Source of the DNA: Thermodesulfobacteriota bacterium
GTDB lineage: Bacteria > Desulfobacterota_D > UBA1144 > Nemesobacterales > Nemesobacteraceae
DNA: 64,000 bases
Direction of reading: 5' to 3'
Assembly (NCBI GenBank): GCA_964291665.2
Contig: OZ219814.1
Location: 359,525-423,524, forward strand
Part shown: positions 54,414 to 64,000 of the stretch, piece after piece
Layout of the letters: every line of letters begins with the position of its first letter
Position numbering within the stretch: the stretch's first letter is position 1
Translations under genes and position numbers: made by a program
The notes under the pieces: model-generated
Told to the model about the DNA's origin: nothing
Database searches by the model: none
Seen by the model: the letters and a program-made list of their open reading frames with translations, nothing else

Positions 54414-57217
54414 CAAGTGCTTTCCACGAAATACCTGTTATAAATTTCCCTGATATCCCCGGTCACGCGCGCATATTCAGACATGAGAAAACCTCCCTCT
54501 CCACCGGAACCACCGAACTCAGGCGCCATTCGGTCAAAATCGCCCCGCGTGATTTCGTTTTTGCTCCTCTCGTTGAAAAGACTCAGCAGATTTCCCATTT
54601 TTCTTAAAAATAGATAGCCTTCGCTAAGCGTCAGGGCCTCGTCGCTTTTAATTAACCCGGCCCTGTAAAGCACCCCGATAGCCTCCATGGTGTTTGCCGT
54701 TCTTAGCTCGGGGTCTGCGGGACCATGGGCAAGCTGAAGCATCTGGATGAGGAACTCAATGTCAACCAATCCCCCCCTTCCCGTCTTCAGGTTAAATCTG
54801 GATTCCGTCTCGTTAGCGAGTTCTTTTTCGACCCTCCCGCGCAGCCTGTGGATTTCCTTGGGAAAATCCGCAGCGAGCTCTTTCGCATAAACGAAATTCT
54901 CTATGACTCTCATTACCTTCTCGCCGAGCGCGCGGTTTCCCGCGACGGCGCGGGCTTTTACAAGAGCCTGCCTCTCCCAGATATGAGCACTCGAATTATG
55001 ATATTCTTCAAAGGCCTCAAGCGAGGCGACGAGGGCGCCCGAATTTCCCGACGGGCGCAGTTCCACATCCACCTTGTAACAGAAGCTCTTGGAAGTGTAA
55101 ACCGAAAGATTGGATATAAATCTCTGACCGTACCTGGAGAAAAGCTCGTGGTCATCTCCCTCGTAAATGAAGATTATGTCCAGGTCTGAAGCGTAGCTCA
55201 TTTCCCCTCCTCCAAGCTTCCCAAGTCCCAGGACGACCATGTTATCAAGAAGTTTTCTCTTTCCCGGAGAACACTTAAGTGAATCCTTGGCAAGTTCGAG
55301 GCTTGAGTCCATTACAACGTCCGCAACCATCGACAGATATTTTCCCACGTAGATAGGTTCTAGGTCCTCGGAAAGTTCCTTGAAGCAAAGTTTAAGGGAC
55401 TCAATGTGCTTGAAGCTTCGAAGAGCGTCGAGTTTGCCCTCAAAGAACTCCTCCTCCGAGACGGCTTCCCCGAGAGCGCGCGCCATGGCATCTTTCGAAT
55501 CGTAAAACTGCGTCACGTCCTTCAGTATGATCGAGTCAAGATACTCGGGGTGCCTGATAAGAAAATTAGACAGCATGCCGCCTCTTGAAAAGAGTCTGGA
55601 GAGCAGAGGAATGATTTTTGGGTTTTCAGTCAGAAGAAAGTAGACCGACATCCTGGAACCCAGGCCGGAGATAAATCTTTCAAGATTTAAAAGCGCAGAG
55701 TCCTGATCGCTAAGCTTGATTATGTTTGAGAGAAAAGCCGGTATCACTTTCCTTGAAAGCACCCTTCCCCTTTCCGTGAGTCCGGCCCTTCGGGGATTCA
55801 TTAGGCTCGATATGATTTCGATCGCATCGTCCGGCGCCGAGAACCCGAGATTCGCGAGGGTCGAAATCGCTTCCTCGCGGTTTACATTTCCCTCGGCCAT
55901 AAAATCGGCCACCTCCCAGAATTCCCTGCCTTTCTCCTCAAGCTCCACCCCGGGATCGGAGAACAGGTTCCCGCAGTTCTTAACGACAAGCGAGGTTATC
56001 TCTTCGTAAGCAGCCTTGAAGTCCGCAGTCTTTTCAAAACCCATTCTCCTTGAGAGTCTGGTGAGCGAACCTTCCTCCGTGGGAATGCTGTGCGTCTGAA
56101 GTTCATCCCAGAGCTGAATCGAATGCTCCACTTTTCTAAGAAAAAGATAGCAATGCTCCATCTCTTCCCTTACCTGTTCTGTTATGAAACCCGTCGTCGC
56201 CATTGCGGAAAGGCCGTCAAGAGTGTTCATGAGTCCCCTGAGCTTCTTCACCGCCCCGCCGCTCATAAGCTGGGTCGCCTGCACGAAAAACTCGATATCC
56301 CTTATTCCTCCCCTTCCGAGCTTCACGTCGTTTTCCTTTCGGATGCCCTCGAGACGAATCTTCATGTCCTTGAGATCCTCTATGGACTCGTAATCAAGCA
56401 GCTTGCGGTATATTACCGGTTCAAGGTCCTCGAGGAATTCGCGACCGAGCTCAATATCCCCGGCAACAGGGGTCGCCTTGAGCAGAACCGCTCTCTCCCA
56501 GGTCTCGGCCCAGTGGTAATAATGATCAAGGGCCGCGTCAACCGACACCGCGACCGGACTCCTGCTGCCCCCGGGACGCAGACCCAGATCGACTCTGTAG
56601 AGAAAACCGCCGGGGGTGACGGAGCTTATCGTTCTGGTAACGGATGAGGAAAGCGTGAATATCTGTCGGGCGTACTCCTCGCTTCTGTAGAGATAAACGA
56701 GGTCTATATCCGAACTGAGGTTAAGGAGTCTTCCGCCGAGTTTCCCCATTCCCAGCACCACGAACTCAAACTGGTCTCCGCTATCGATTCGGGATCTGTA
56801 GAAATCAAGCACCGCCCTGACCACGGAGCTAGCGAGGTCGGAAATCTCCTCCATGGTCTGGCGAAACGTGCAGAGACCCAGAATTTCTCTGTAGATTATC
56901 CTCGAAAGTTCCGTGTACTTGTACTTCTTGAGCCTTTCCGATAGCCGCTCTGAATCCTGCGAATTCCTCACAATTGAACCGAGCGGAGTTCTGTGGGAAG
57001 AAAGCGTTTTTTTTCTCCTGAGGGTTTTTTCATTAGTAAGTACGTTTAGCGCGCGTGGATTTCTTATGATTGAATTGCCGAGGAATCTGCTGTGGGAAGA
57101 GATGACACGGAGGATTTTTTCTTTTTCCCCGGAGAGCCTGCCGTTTATCTCCCGGAATCTCTCAACGGTTAAGCGCGCGTTTTCCTCGTCGGGAAGAAGG
57201 ATTTTCTTTCTCATCAA
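54413..57217 (-). CDS. glnE: Bifunctional glutamine synthetase adenylyltransferase/adenylyl-removing enzyme
   Basis: 934-aa ORF with two nucleotidyltransferase modules (VLGMGKLGGRLLNLSSDIDLVYLY and VLGLGKLGGGEMSYASDLDIIFIY) plus GlnE-type helical domains. Confidence 0.92.
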   Translation of the reverse strand: MMRKKILLPDEENARLTVERFREINGRLSGEKEKILRVISSHSRFLGNSIIRNPRALNVLTNEKTLRRKKTLSSHRTPLGSIVRNSQDSERLSERLKKYKYTELSRIIYREILGLCTFRQTMEEISDLASSVVRAVLDFYRSRIDSGDQFEFVVLGMGKLGGRLLNLSSDIDLVYLYRSEEYARQIFTLSSSVTRTISSVTPGGFLYRVDLGLRPGGSRSPVAVSVDAALDHYYHWAETWERAVLLKATPVAGDIELGREFLEDLEPVIYRKLLDYESIEDLKDMKIRLEGIRKENDVKLGRGGIRDIEFFVQATQLMSGGAVKKLRGLMNTLDGLSAMATTGFITEQVREEMEHCYLFLRKVEHSIQLWDELQTHSIPTEEGSLTRLSRRMGFEKTADFKAAYEEITSLVVKNCGNLFSDPGVELEEKGREFWEVADFMAEGNVNREEAISTLANLGFSAPDDAIEIISSLMNPRRAGLTERGRVLSRKVIPAFLSNIIKLSDQDSALLNLERFISGLGSRMSVYFLLTENPKIIPLLSRLFSRGGMLSNFLIRHPEYLDSIILKDVTQFYDSKDAMARALGEAVSEEEFFEGKLDALRSFKHIESLKLCFKELSEDLEPIYVGKYLSMVADVVMDSSLELAKDSLKCSPGKRKLLDNMVVLGLGKLGGGEMSYASDLDIIFIYEGDDHELFSRYGQRFISNLSVYTSKSFCYKVDVELRPSGNSGALVASLEAFEEYHNSSAHIWERQALVKARAVAGNRALGEKVMRVIENFVYAKELAADFPKEIHRLRGRVEKELANETESRFNLKTGRGGLVDIEFLIQMLQLAHGPADPELRTANTMEAIGVLYRAGLIKSDEALTLSEGYLFLRKMGNLLSLFNERSKNEITRGDFDRMAPEFGGSGGEGGFLMSEYARVTGDIREIYNRYFVEST

Positions 57218-57223
57218 GCCGGG

Positions 57224-59665
57224 TCACATGAAATCATAGGGATCAACATCAACTACAAGCTTAATTCCCGAGGCGTGTTTTTTCAACGAGTCGTAAAGCG
57301 CCGAGGCGTAGCTGCGAAGCAGCCCCAGATTACTTGACACGATAACGATCTGCCATCTGAACCTGTTCCTAAGTTTGTATATGGGAGCCTCGGAGGGACC
57401 GAGCACCCTGAGCGATCCGGGCGGAAGCTTGAGAAGGAATCTCTCGGCCGTGTGTTTGATTCTCTCGGCGAAATCTCGCGTTTTCTCCTCATCAAGTCCG
57501 TTTATTCTGAAGGATATGAACCTCGAGAAGGGAGGCTGATCAAGAGACTTCCTAAGCTCCAGTTCTTCATCCAGAAACCCGGAACTGTTATGGGAAATGG
57601 CAAATCTTACCGAAGGATGCTCGGGGTTATATGTCTGCAGAATGGCCGTCCCGGGCTTTGTTCCCCTGCCCGTTCTTCCAGCTACCTGTGTGAGGACCTG
57701 GAAAGTTCTTTCTCCCGAGCGGAAGTCGGGAATCCCCAGCATATGATCGGCCGAGAGAACACCGACAAGCGTAACCCCCGGTAGATCATGTCCCTTGGCT
57801 ACCATCTGGGTTCCGATAAGAACGTCCACCTCCCCGGACTCAAGTTTTTTGTAAAGGTCAAGAAGCTTGGTTTTTCCGCGGGTGTAGTCCCTGTCCATAA
57901 TGAAAACCCTGGCATCGGGAAGCATGCTCTTTACCTGCTCCTCTACTTTCTGAGTCCCGAGACCCTTGCCCATGTATTCGGCGCCGCAACTTGAGCAGAT
58001 GTTTTCGAATTCCTGCATAATTCCGCAATAATGGCACTTAATCGAATTGTCCTTTTTGTGAAAGGTAAGGGTTATAGAGCAGTTGGGGCACCTGAAGATT
58101 TCACCGCAGTCCCCGCAGACCAGAAAGCTTGAAAAACCCCTCCTGTTAATAAAGAGAATCGACTGTTCCCCACGGCTGAAGTTCTCCACCAGTGCGTCCC
58201 TCAGGTGCGGGGAGAAAACAGCTTCATTCACGTTTTTCATATCCACGAGTTCAACATCGGGAAGTATGCTCGTCCCCACCCTTGCGGGAAGAGAAAGATA
58301 TTCGTACTTGCCCCTGATCGAGTTTGCGTAGGATTCAAGTGAAGGAGTCGCGGAACCCAGCAGCACTGGACAGCTGTATAGGGTTCCAAGCATGACCGCG
58401 GCGTCGCGGGCGTTATAACACGGCACTTCGTTCTGCTTGTAGGAGGACTCGTGCTCCTCGTCGACCACCACGAGGCCGAGATTCTCAAGCGGAGCGAAAA
58501 CCGCGGAGCGGGCACCTATCACCACGCTCAGATCTCCGCTACGGGCCTTTCTCCAGACATCAAACCTCTCGCCCTCGCTGAGGGCGCTGTGAATCACCGA
58601 TACAGAGTCGGCGAAACGTGAACGGAACCTCTTCACCAAAAGCGGGGTGAGCGCTATCTCGGGAACGAGAACAATCGCCTGCTTCCCTCTGGCTATGACT
58701 TCGCTGACGGTCCTTAAGTAGACCTCGGTCTTTCCACTTCCCGTGACACCGTGAAGAAGAAAACAGCGATACTCTTCTCTTTTAACGTAAGGCAGGATTT
58801 TCTCCATCGCCATACGCTGATCCTGGGTAAGTTTCTTCGGGGTCTCTTCCTCCGAATCAAGCGCGCCGTAGGGATCCCTTCCGATCTCTTTTTGCTCCAC
58901 GGAGACCAGAGCGTTATCCACAAGCCACTTTACGTGAACTGCGAAATTGCCGAATATTTCCCTCAGTTCCGAGCGGGGGACGGAACCGCGGAGGTTTATG
59001 AACTCAAGTATGGCGCCCTTGGCCGGTTTTTTCCGCTTAATCTCCGAGACGGTGTCGGGATCGCAGGAGATTCCATAGACCTTCTCGTACTTTACCTTCT
59101 CATCTCTTATGACCCTGTAGTCAAACTCTACATGCCCCCTCCTTTTAAGAGAGTTAAGGTTCTCAAGCGAGCCCCCGCCGCTGAGTTCAATAAGCTTCTC
59201 CGAGGCGAGTTCTCCTTCGAGCAGAAGAGTTTCCAGAATTCTTTGCTCGAGGCGGTCAAGGCCCGGTCCCTTAAGGCGACTTTCCCCCTCCTCCGTGATC
59301 CGCACGGTTTTCCCGACGCTTTTGCCAAGCCCTGAAGGATGGGCGAATTTAAGCACGATTCCGAGAGGCGCCATGTAGTACTCAGAAATCCAGCGGAAGA
59401 ATTCCAGGCGCTTCTCGTCAAAAAGCGGCAATTCATCTAGGATGTCGATTATATCCTTCAGCTCGAAATCGACTTTCCGTTTTCCCGCCTCTCCCACCAC
59501 ATATCCTATGGCCTTGCGATTTCCGAGTGGGACAAACACCCTCTTCCCCGTAGCGAGCCCTTGGCGGAAACGCTTCGGAACCGAATATAGAAAAAGCTGT
59601 TCGGAATGAATCGGCAAAGCTACCTGAACAATTTTTCCTGAAGCCATAACGATACCGGAAGACAC
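57224..59665 (-). CDS. priA: Primosomal protein N' (replication restart helicase PriA)
   Basis: 813-aa ORF. Walker A LHGVTGSGKTEVY, DEEH box, Cys-rich Zn region (CGDCGEIFRCPNCSITLTFHK...CHYCG....CSSCG), and QVAGRTGR. An alternative start is ATG 59647. Confidence 0.93.
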   Translation of the reverse strand: MSSGIVMASGKIVQVALPIHSEQLFLYSVPKRFRQGLATGKRVFVPLGNRKAIGYVVGEAGKRKVDFELKDIIDILDELPLFDEKRLEFFRWISEYYMAPLGIVLKFAHPSGLGKSVGKTVRITEEGESRLKGPGLDRLEQRILETLLLEGELASEKLIELSGGGSLENLNSLKRRGHVEFDYRVIRDEKVKYEKVYGISCDPDTVSEIKRKKPAKGAILEFINLRGSVPRSELREIFGNFAVHVKWLVDNALVSVEQKEIGRDPYGALDSEEETPKKLTQDQRMAMEKILPYVKREEYRCFLLHGVTGSGKTEVYLRTVSEVIARGKQAIVLVPEIALTPLLVKRFRSRFADSVSVIHSALSEGERFDVWRKARSGDLSVVIGARSAVFAPLENLGLVVVDEEHESSYKQNEVPCYNARDAAVMLGTLYSCPVLLGSATPSLESYANSIRGKYEYLSLPARVGTSILPDVELVDMKNVNEAVFSPHLRDALVENFSRGEQSILFINRRGFSSFLVCGDCGEIFRCPNCSITLTFHKKDNSIKCHYCGIMQEFENICSSCGAEYMGKGLGTQKVEEQVKSMLPDARVFIMDRDYTRGKTKLLDLYKKLESGEVDVLIGTQMVAKGHDLPGVTLVGVLSADHMLGIPDFRSGERTFQVLTQVAGRTGRGTKPGTAILQTYNPEHPSVRFAISHNSSGFLDEELELRKSLDQPPFSRFISFRINGLDEEKTRDFAERIKHTAERFLLKLPPGSLRVLGPSEAPIYKLRNRFRWQIVIVSSNLGLLRSYASALYDSLKKHASGIKLVVDVDPYDFM

Positions 59666-59744
59666 TAATGCACAGTCTTACGGAAAAGTATATATGAAAG
59701 CGGGAAAAGAACCTTGAGTTCGGTCCGGAAAGCCTCGCGCGGTA

Positions 59745-61457
59745 TCAGGCAAGATCCGCGGGCATCATTATCATGTTGTCCATCGACGCGCCGGGGGCTA
59801 TCATCGGATAAACCATTTCCGTACAATCGACTTCTATCTCCATGAGGACCACTCCCGGAGTGTTAAGGCCTTCCCTGAGAGTGGGCTCAAGCTCCTCGGG
59901 CTTAACTGCCCGAAGGCCGCGGGCCCCAAACGCTTCTGCGAGCTTCACGAAGTCCGGCAGCACTTCAAACCGAGACGCCGAGTAATTGCCCTCAAAAAAC
60001 ATCGTCTGCCACTGCCTTACCATTCCGTGATGACGGTTGTTGAAAACGATAATCTTGAGATCCAGATTGTTTTCAACCGCGGTCGCAAGCTCCTGGAAAT
60101 TCATCTGGAAGCTTCCGTCGCCGGCAACGCATACAACCTGCTCATCAGGCCTTGCGTATTTCGCTCCCATGGCCGCAGGGAAGCTGAATCCCATGGTTCC
60201 CAAGCCCCCCGAGGTGAGATGGGTTCTCGGTCTTTCGAACTTGTAGAACTGTGCTACCCACATCTGGTGCTGGCCCACGTCGGAAACTATTATGGCGTCT
60301 CCTTTCGTGAGCTTGTAAAGCGTGTCTATGGCGTAGGTAGTTAGAATTTTCTCGCTTCCCTGACAATAGGTGAGCGGATGCTTCTCGTTCCAGTCCCGTA
60401 TCCGCCTGAGCCATGACTCCCTTCCCTCAAGGTCAATCTCCCCGGGGAGAGCATCGAGTATCTGGCGCAGCACAATTTTAGCATCCCCTACTATCGGACA
60501 CTCAACCGGTATGTTCTTGTCTATCGAGGATGGGTCTATATCTATATGGATAATATCAGCGTTAGGGGCAAACTCTTCGAAGTTCCCGCCCGTAGCTCTG
60601 TCATCAAACCGCCCGCCGATCGAGATAACCAGGTCCGATTCGGTAACGGTCATATTGGCGGCGTAGGAACCATGCATCCCGAGCATGCTTATGAAAAGCG
60701 GATCGCTCGCCGGATAACCCCCCAGGCCCATAAGGGTCGAAGCTACAGGTATCTGAAGCCGGTGACAGAACTCAAGCAGTTCATCCGTAGCCCCCGACCA
60801 GATAACTCCTCCACCGGAATAAACAACCGGCTGCTTTGAGGCAAGCAGCATCTCCACAGCTCTTTTTATCTGCGAAGGATTTCCCCTCATAGTGGGCTTA
60901 TAACCTTTGATATCTATCTCGTGATCCTCGGGGATTACAAGCTCGTCCTCTCCTATGAGAACGTCCTTTGGCATATCAACCAGAACAGGGCTGGGTCTTC
61001 CGGTGCCGGCTATGTGGAAAGCCTCTTTCATTGCTCTCGGAAGATCCCGGGTCTCTCGTACAAGGTAGTTATGTTTCGTGCAAGGCCTTGTTATGCCGAT
61101 ATGGTCGGCTTCCTGAAAAGCGTCGCTTCCAAGGTACTGGGTAGGAACCTGTCCCGTGAAAATAACTATGGGAGATGAATCCATCTGCGCCGTCGCAATG
61201 CCGGTAACAGTATTGGTTGCCGCAGGACCCGAGGTGCAAAGCACCACTCCCGGTTTTCCCGAGGCCCTCGCGTACCCGTCGGCCATGTGCGTAGCTCCCT
61301 GCTCATGCCTCACGAGCACGTGATTTATCCTGTCGGTGTAATCGGTCATCACGTCATAGACCTTGAGAACGTAACCTCCCGGCAGTCCGAAGACCACGTC
61401 AATACCCTGGTGAAGAAGCGTCTCAAAGAACATCTGTGCGCCGAGCATCTTGGCCAT
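59745..61457 (-). CDS. ilvB: Acetolactate synthase, large (catalytic) subunit
   Basis: 570-aa ORF. GAQMFFETLLHQGIDVVFGLPGG and the ThDP motif GLGTMGFSFPAAMGA...VAGDGSFQMN. Confidence 0.93.
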   Translation of the reverse strand: MAKMLGAQMFFETLLHQGIDVVFGLPGGYVLKVYDVMTDYTDRINHVLVRHEQGATHMADGYARASGKPGVVLCTSGPAATNTVTGIATAQMDSSPIVIFTGQVPTQYLGSDAFQEADHIGITRPCTKHNYLVRETRDLPRAMKEAFHIAGTGRPSPVLVDMPKDVLIGEDELVIPEDHEIDIKGYKPTMRGNPSQIKRAVEMLLASKQPVVYSGGGVIWSGATDELLEFCHRLQIPVASTLMGLGGYPASDPLFISMLGMHGSYAANMTVTESDLVISIGGRFDDRATGGNFEEFAPNADIIHIDIDPSSIDKNIPVECPIVGDAKIVLRQILDALPGEIDLEGRESWLRRIRDWNEKHPLTYCQGSEKILTTYAIDTLYKLTKGDAIIVSDVGQHQMWVAQFYKFERPRTHLTSGGLGTMGFSFPAAMGAKYARPDEQVVCVAGDGSFQMNFQELATAVENNLDLKIIVFNNRHHGMVRQWQTMFFEGNYSASRFEVLPDFVKLAEAFGARGLRAVKPEELEPTLREGLNTPGVVLMEIEVDCTEMVYPMIAPGASMDNMIMMPADLA

Positions 61458-61588
61458 TTTATTCTGTCTCCCTGGTTGTTTTTAAAATGCGGAACACCAA
61501 AAACCCACTCGCTTAATCTATCACCGCGTGCAGACAACTTCAAGACTGACAGGGAAAAAGATTCTCATCGCGACTTCAGCAACGACGC

Positions 61589-62251
61589 TTAGCGCTCCGC
61601 AGCGGAGCGGCGAAGATAAAAGGGGATTAAAGTGAAGGGATCGTCCTTCTGTCCGGAAAGAATCTTTTTTCTCCCCAAAAGCGCGCAGCCAGACGCCCTC
61701 GGGGTGTTCAGATTCGCGGGCAGAAACACGGCCCTCTCCCCTACGGAATCCCGTATGAGATTTTCGTGGAGCAGGGCTCCGCTGCCCACAAAAACGGTCT
61801 TTCCCCTCACCCCGGCACACACAGACTCAGGTGTGGCGATTTTCGCGGGGGTCATCTCCGCGCCTTCGGGATCATAAAACGAAAAGAAAACCTCTCCCCT
61901 GCCAGCGTCGGTTATGGCGCACACGTCATCTCCGCACCAAAGCGCGTTTGACGCGAGAATTTCAAGGGATGGAACTCCCGCGAGGTCCGCTCCCAGTGAA
62001 TAGCAAAGGGCTTTCGCGGTGGAGACCCCTATGCGAAGAGAGGTGAAAGAACCCGGGCCCACTGATACGCAGACTGCTTCCAGATCATCTTTTCCGAGTC
62101 CGCAATCCGAAAGAAGTCGCTCGATCGTGGGAATAAGCACCTCGTTATGCCTTGGACCGGTGTTGAAAACATATTCGCAGAGAATAGCGTCATCATCGCA
62201 TATTGACACGCTTCCCGAGAAAGTGGACGTTTCGATTCCTAGGATTTTCAT
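61589..62251 (-). CDS. tsaB: tRNA threonylcarbamoyladenosine biosynthesis protein TsaB
   Basis: 220-aa ORF. MKILGIETSTFSGSVSI..., GPGSFTSLRIGVSTAKAL. Confidence 0.88.
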   Translation of the reverse strand: MKILGIETSTFSGSVSICDDDAILCEYVFNTGPRHNEVLIPTIERLLSDCGLGKDDLEAVCVSVGPGSFTSLRIGVSTAKALCYSLGADLAGVPSLEILASNALWCGDDVCAITDAGRGEVFFSFYDPEGAEMTPAKIATPESVCAGVRGKTVFVGSGALLHENLIRDSVGERAVFLPANLNTPRASGCALLGRKKILSGQKDDPFTLIPFYLRRSAAER

Positions 62252-62351
62252 ATCTATTTCTTAGCCGGAAACGAGGCTTTAAGGCGTGACGTTTATGCGC
62301 TCAGATTGGAGGAATCAGGCACACCGGAAACTGGTTCCCTCGGGTTTTTCC

Positions 62352-63371
62352 TTATTCCGCTTCCTCAGAAGAACCCATTCCCGAGGCCTTTATGATCTCA
62401 TTTGTTATTTTTTCCCGAATTTCCGGATTTTCGTGGAGAAACCTCTTGGAATTCTCCCTCCCCTGTCCTATCCTCTCCCCTTCGTAGGAATACCAAGTGC
62501 CGCTTTTCTTTATCACATTGAATCTGCTTCCCAAGTCCACAAGCTCTCCGAGTTTTGATATACCCCTTCCGAAAATCACTTCGAACTCCGCTTCCCTAAA
62601 AGGCGGAGCGACTTTGTTTTTGACAAGTTTCGCCCTGACCCTGTTGCCAATTATACGGTCGCCATCCTTAAGAGATCCAATGCGCCTTATATCAACTCTC
62701 ACTGATGAATAGAATCGAAGCGCGTTGCCCCCGGTGGTGGTCTCGGGGTTCATGTACGCCGGAACCCCAATCTTCATGCGAAGCTGGTTAACGAAAATAA
62801 CTATGGTTTTCGAGCGGCTCACGTTAGCCGTTATCTTACGAAGCGCCTGCGACATCAGTCTTGCCTGAAGACCTACGTGAGTGTCTCCCATCTCCCCCTC
62901 GATTTCAGCGCGGGGGGTAAGGGCCGCGACCGAGTCAAGCACTATGAGGTCAACCGCGTTGCTCCTTATAAGGGTATCGACAATTTCAAGTGCCTGTTCT
63001 CCGAAATCGGGCTGCGAAATAAGAAGATCCTCAACCTTGATCCCAAGTGCGGCCGCGTAGCTTGTCGAAAGAGCGTGCTCGGCATCGACAAATGCGGTTA
63101 TTCCGCCAGCCTTCTGGGCCTCCGCAATGGCGTGGAGCGCTATGGTGGTCTTGCCCGAGGCCTCAGGGCCGAAAACCTCGACGATCCTTCCCCTAGGAAA
63201 GCCCCCGACTCCAAGCGCTATGTCAAGTCCAAGGGAACCTGAGGTGATAACCGGAATGTCCGAGAGGGAAACATCCTCCCCCAGTCTCATTATAGAACCC
63301 TTTCCAAACTGCTTCTCTATGGTGTTTATGGCTACATCTATGTTCTTGTTTTTCTCGTCAAGATCGCTCAT
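62352..63371 (-). CDS. recA: Recombinase RecA
   Basis: [14 protein letters not shown], Walker [18 protein letters not shown], and IVLDSVAAL. Confidence 0.97.
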   Translation of the reverse strand: MSDLDEKNKNIDVAINTIEKQFGKGSIMRLGEDVSLSDIPVITSGSLGLDIALGVGGFPRGRIVEVFGPEASGKTTIALHAIAEAQKAGGITAFVDAEHALSTSYAAALGIKVEDLLISQPDFGEQALEIVDTLIRSNAVDLIVLDSVAALTPRAEIEGEMGDTHVGLQARLMSQALRKITANVSRSKTIVIFVNQLRMKIGVPAYMNPETTTGGNALRFYSSVRVDIRRIGSLKDGDRIIGNRVRAKLVKNKVAPPFREAEFEVIFGRGISKLGELVDLGSRFNVIKKSGTWYSYEGERIGQGRENSKRFLHENPEIREKITNEIIKASGMGSSEEAE

Positions 63372-63413
63372 TCCGTTTTAATCTCCGTTCTGGTCTTTGT
63401 GGTTCTAAAATTA

Positions 63414-64000
63414 CTATGCTACATAATCAAGGCAGAACTTCCTAACCATATCAATGGCGGTGGAAGCGGCAAAGTTTTTTATTTCATCCCTCGTTCCGGT
63501 AAAATTCCGTTTCTCGCAGAAAGTCCCTGAGGAAACGTGACTGAATCCAAACCATACGGTGCCCACGGGCTTCTCCGCGGTTCCTCCTCCCGGACCCGCG
63601 ATCCCGGATATGGAAATCCCTATATCGGTTCCGAAAAGCTCCCTCGCCCCACTGGCCATTTCGAAAACCACCTGCTCGCTCACCGCGCCAAAGCGCGCGA
63701 GCGTATCCGCGCTTACCCCGAGAAGCTTTTCCTTTGAATCGTTGCTGTAAACCACCGCTCCACCCAGGAAATAAGCCGAACTTCCCGCAATGTCCGTAAA
63801 CCGGCTCGAGCAAAGCCCTCCTGTGCAGGACTCGGCAACAGAGAGGGTCAGGTCTTTCTCAAGCAACAAAGCTGCGGTCACCTCCTCAAGGGGTTCGTCT
63901 TCCTTGGAAAAGAGAAAGTCCCCTAGTCTTTCTTTCGCCTGCGCGCAGGCATCGCGCAGAAATGAATCCAGCACCTCGCCGTCATGGCCCGAGGCCGTAA
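63414..64000 (-). CDS. cinA: CinA-family protein, nicotinamide-nucleotide amidohydrolase (PncC) domain; N-terminus probably beyond the window
   Basis: LTLSVAESCTGGLCSSRFTDIAGSSAYFLGGAVVYSNDSKEKLLGV. The reading frame stays open upstream of the GTG at 63974 to the window edge (YGLGHDGE...), and the gene sits directly upstream of recA. Confidence 0.85.
   Translation of the reverse strand, partial: TASGHDGEVLDSFLRDACAQAKERLGDFLFSKEDEPLEEVTAALLLEKDLTLSVAESCTGGLCSSRFTDIAGSSAYFLGGAVVYSNDSKEKLLGVSADTLARFGAVSEQVVFEMASGARELFGTDIGISISGIAGPGGGTAEKPVGTVWFGFSHVSSGTFCEKRNFTGTRDEIKNFAASTAIDMVRKFCLDYVA

Overview
This 64-kb window looks like part of a diderm bacterial chromosome, probably from an uncultured or metagenome-derived organism (porins, ExbB/ExbD, MltD and Ddl are present). 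About 55 protein genes and 4 tRNAs can be supported, and most are housekeeping. They include pyrD, ychF, the aceB-aceA glyoxylate shunt, mgtE, recF, obg, queG, pfk, a lysA-hemD/E-hemH-hemY cluster, ddl, mltD, gatB, nuoF, lhgO, carD, and a long minus-strand run glnE-priA-ilvB-tsaB-recA-cinA. I found no CRISPR array, no intact transposase or prophage, no rRNA, and no recognisable defence or toxin-antitoxin module. I cannot point to a clear multi-gene novel system. The stretches worth a second look are listed below.

1. 3.7-7.2 kb: a repeat-rich plant-type LRR / FN3 / polyproline surface-protein gene that reads as one protein only across about seven frame segments. A C11 tract sits upstream.
2. 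A conserved Gly-Cys / hydrophobic / Arg-rich C-terminal tail shared by that protein and an unrelated secreted tandem Cache-like protein. It looks like an uncharacterised sorting signal, and a rhomboid protease lies nearby.
3. Tandem archaeal-type Ogg2 glycosylase paralogues, the second lacking the catalytic Lys.
4. A HemD-HemE fusion inside a hemE-H-Y type cluster.
5. A Cdc48/VAT-like double AAA ATPase.
6. An AT-richer luciferase-like monooxygenase cassette next to tRNA-Thr, flanked by 17-bp direct repeats.
7. An IS3-type transposase C-terminal remnant abutting an orphan nuoF.

All functional calls come from motif recognition by eye. No database search was run.
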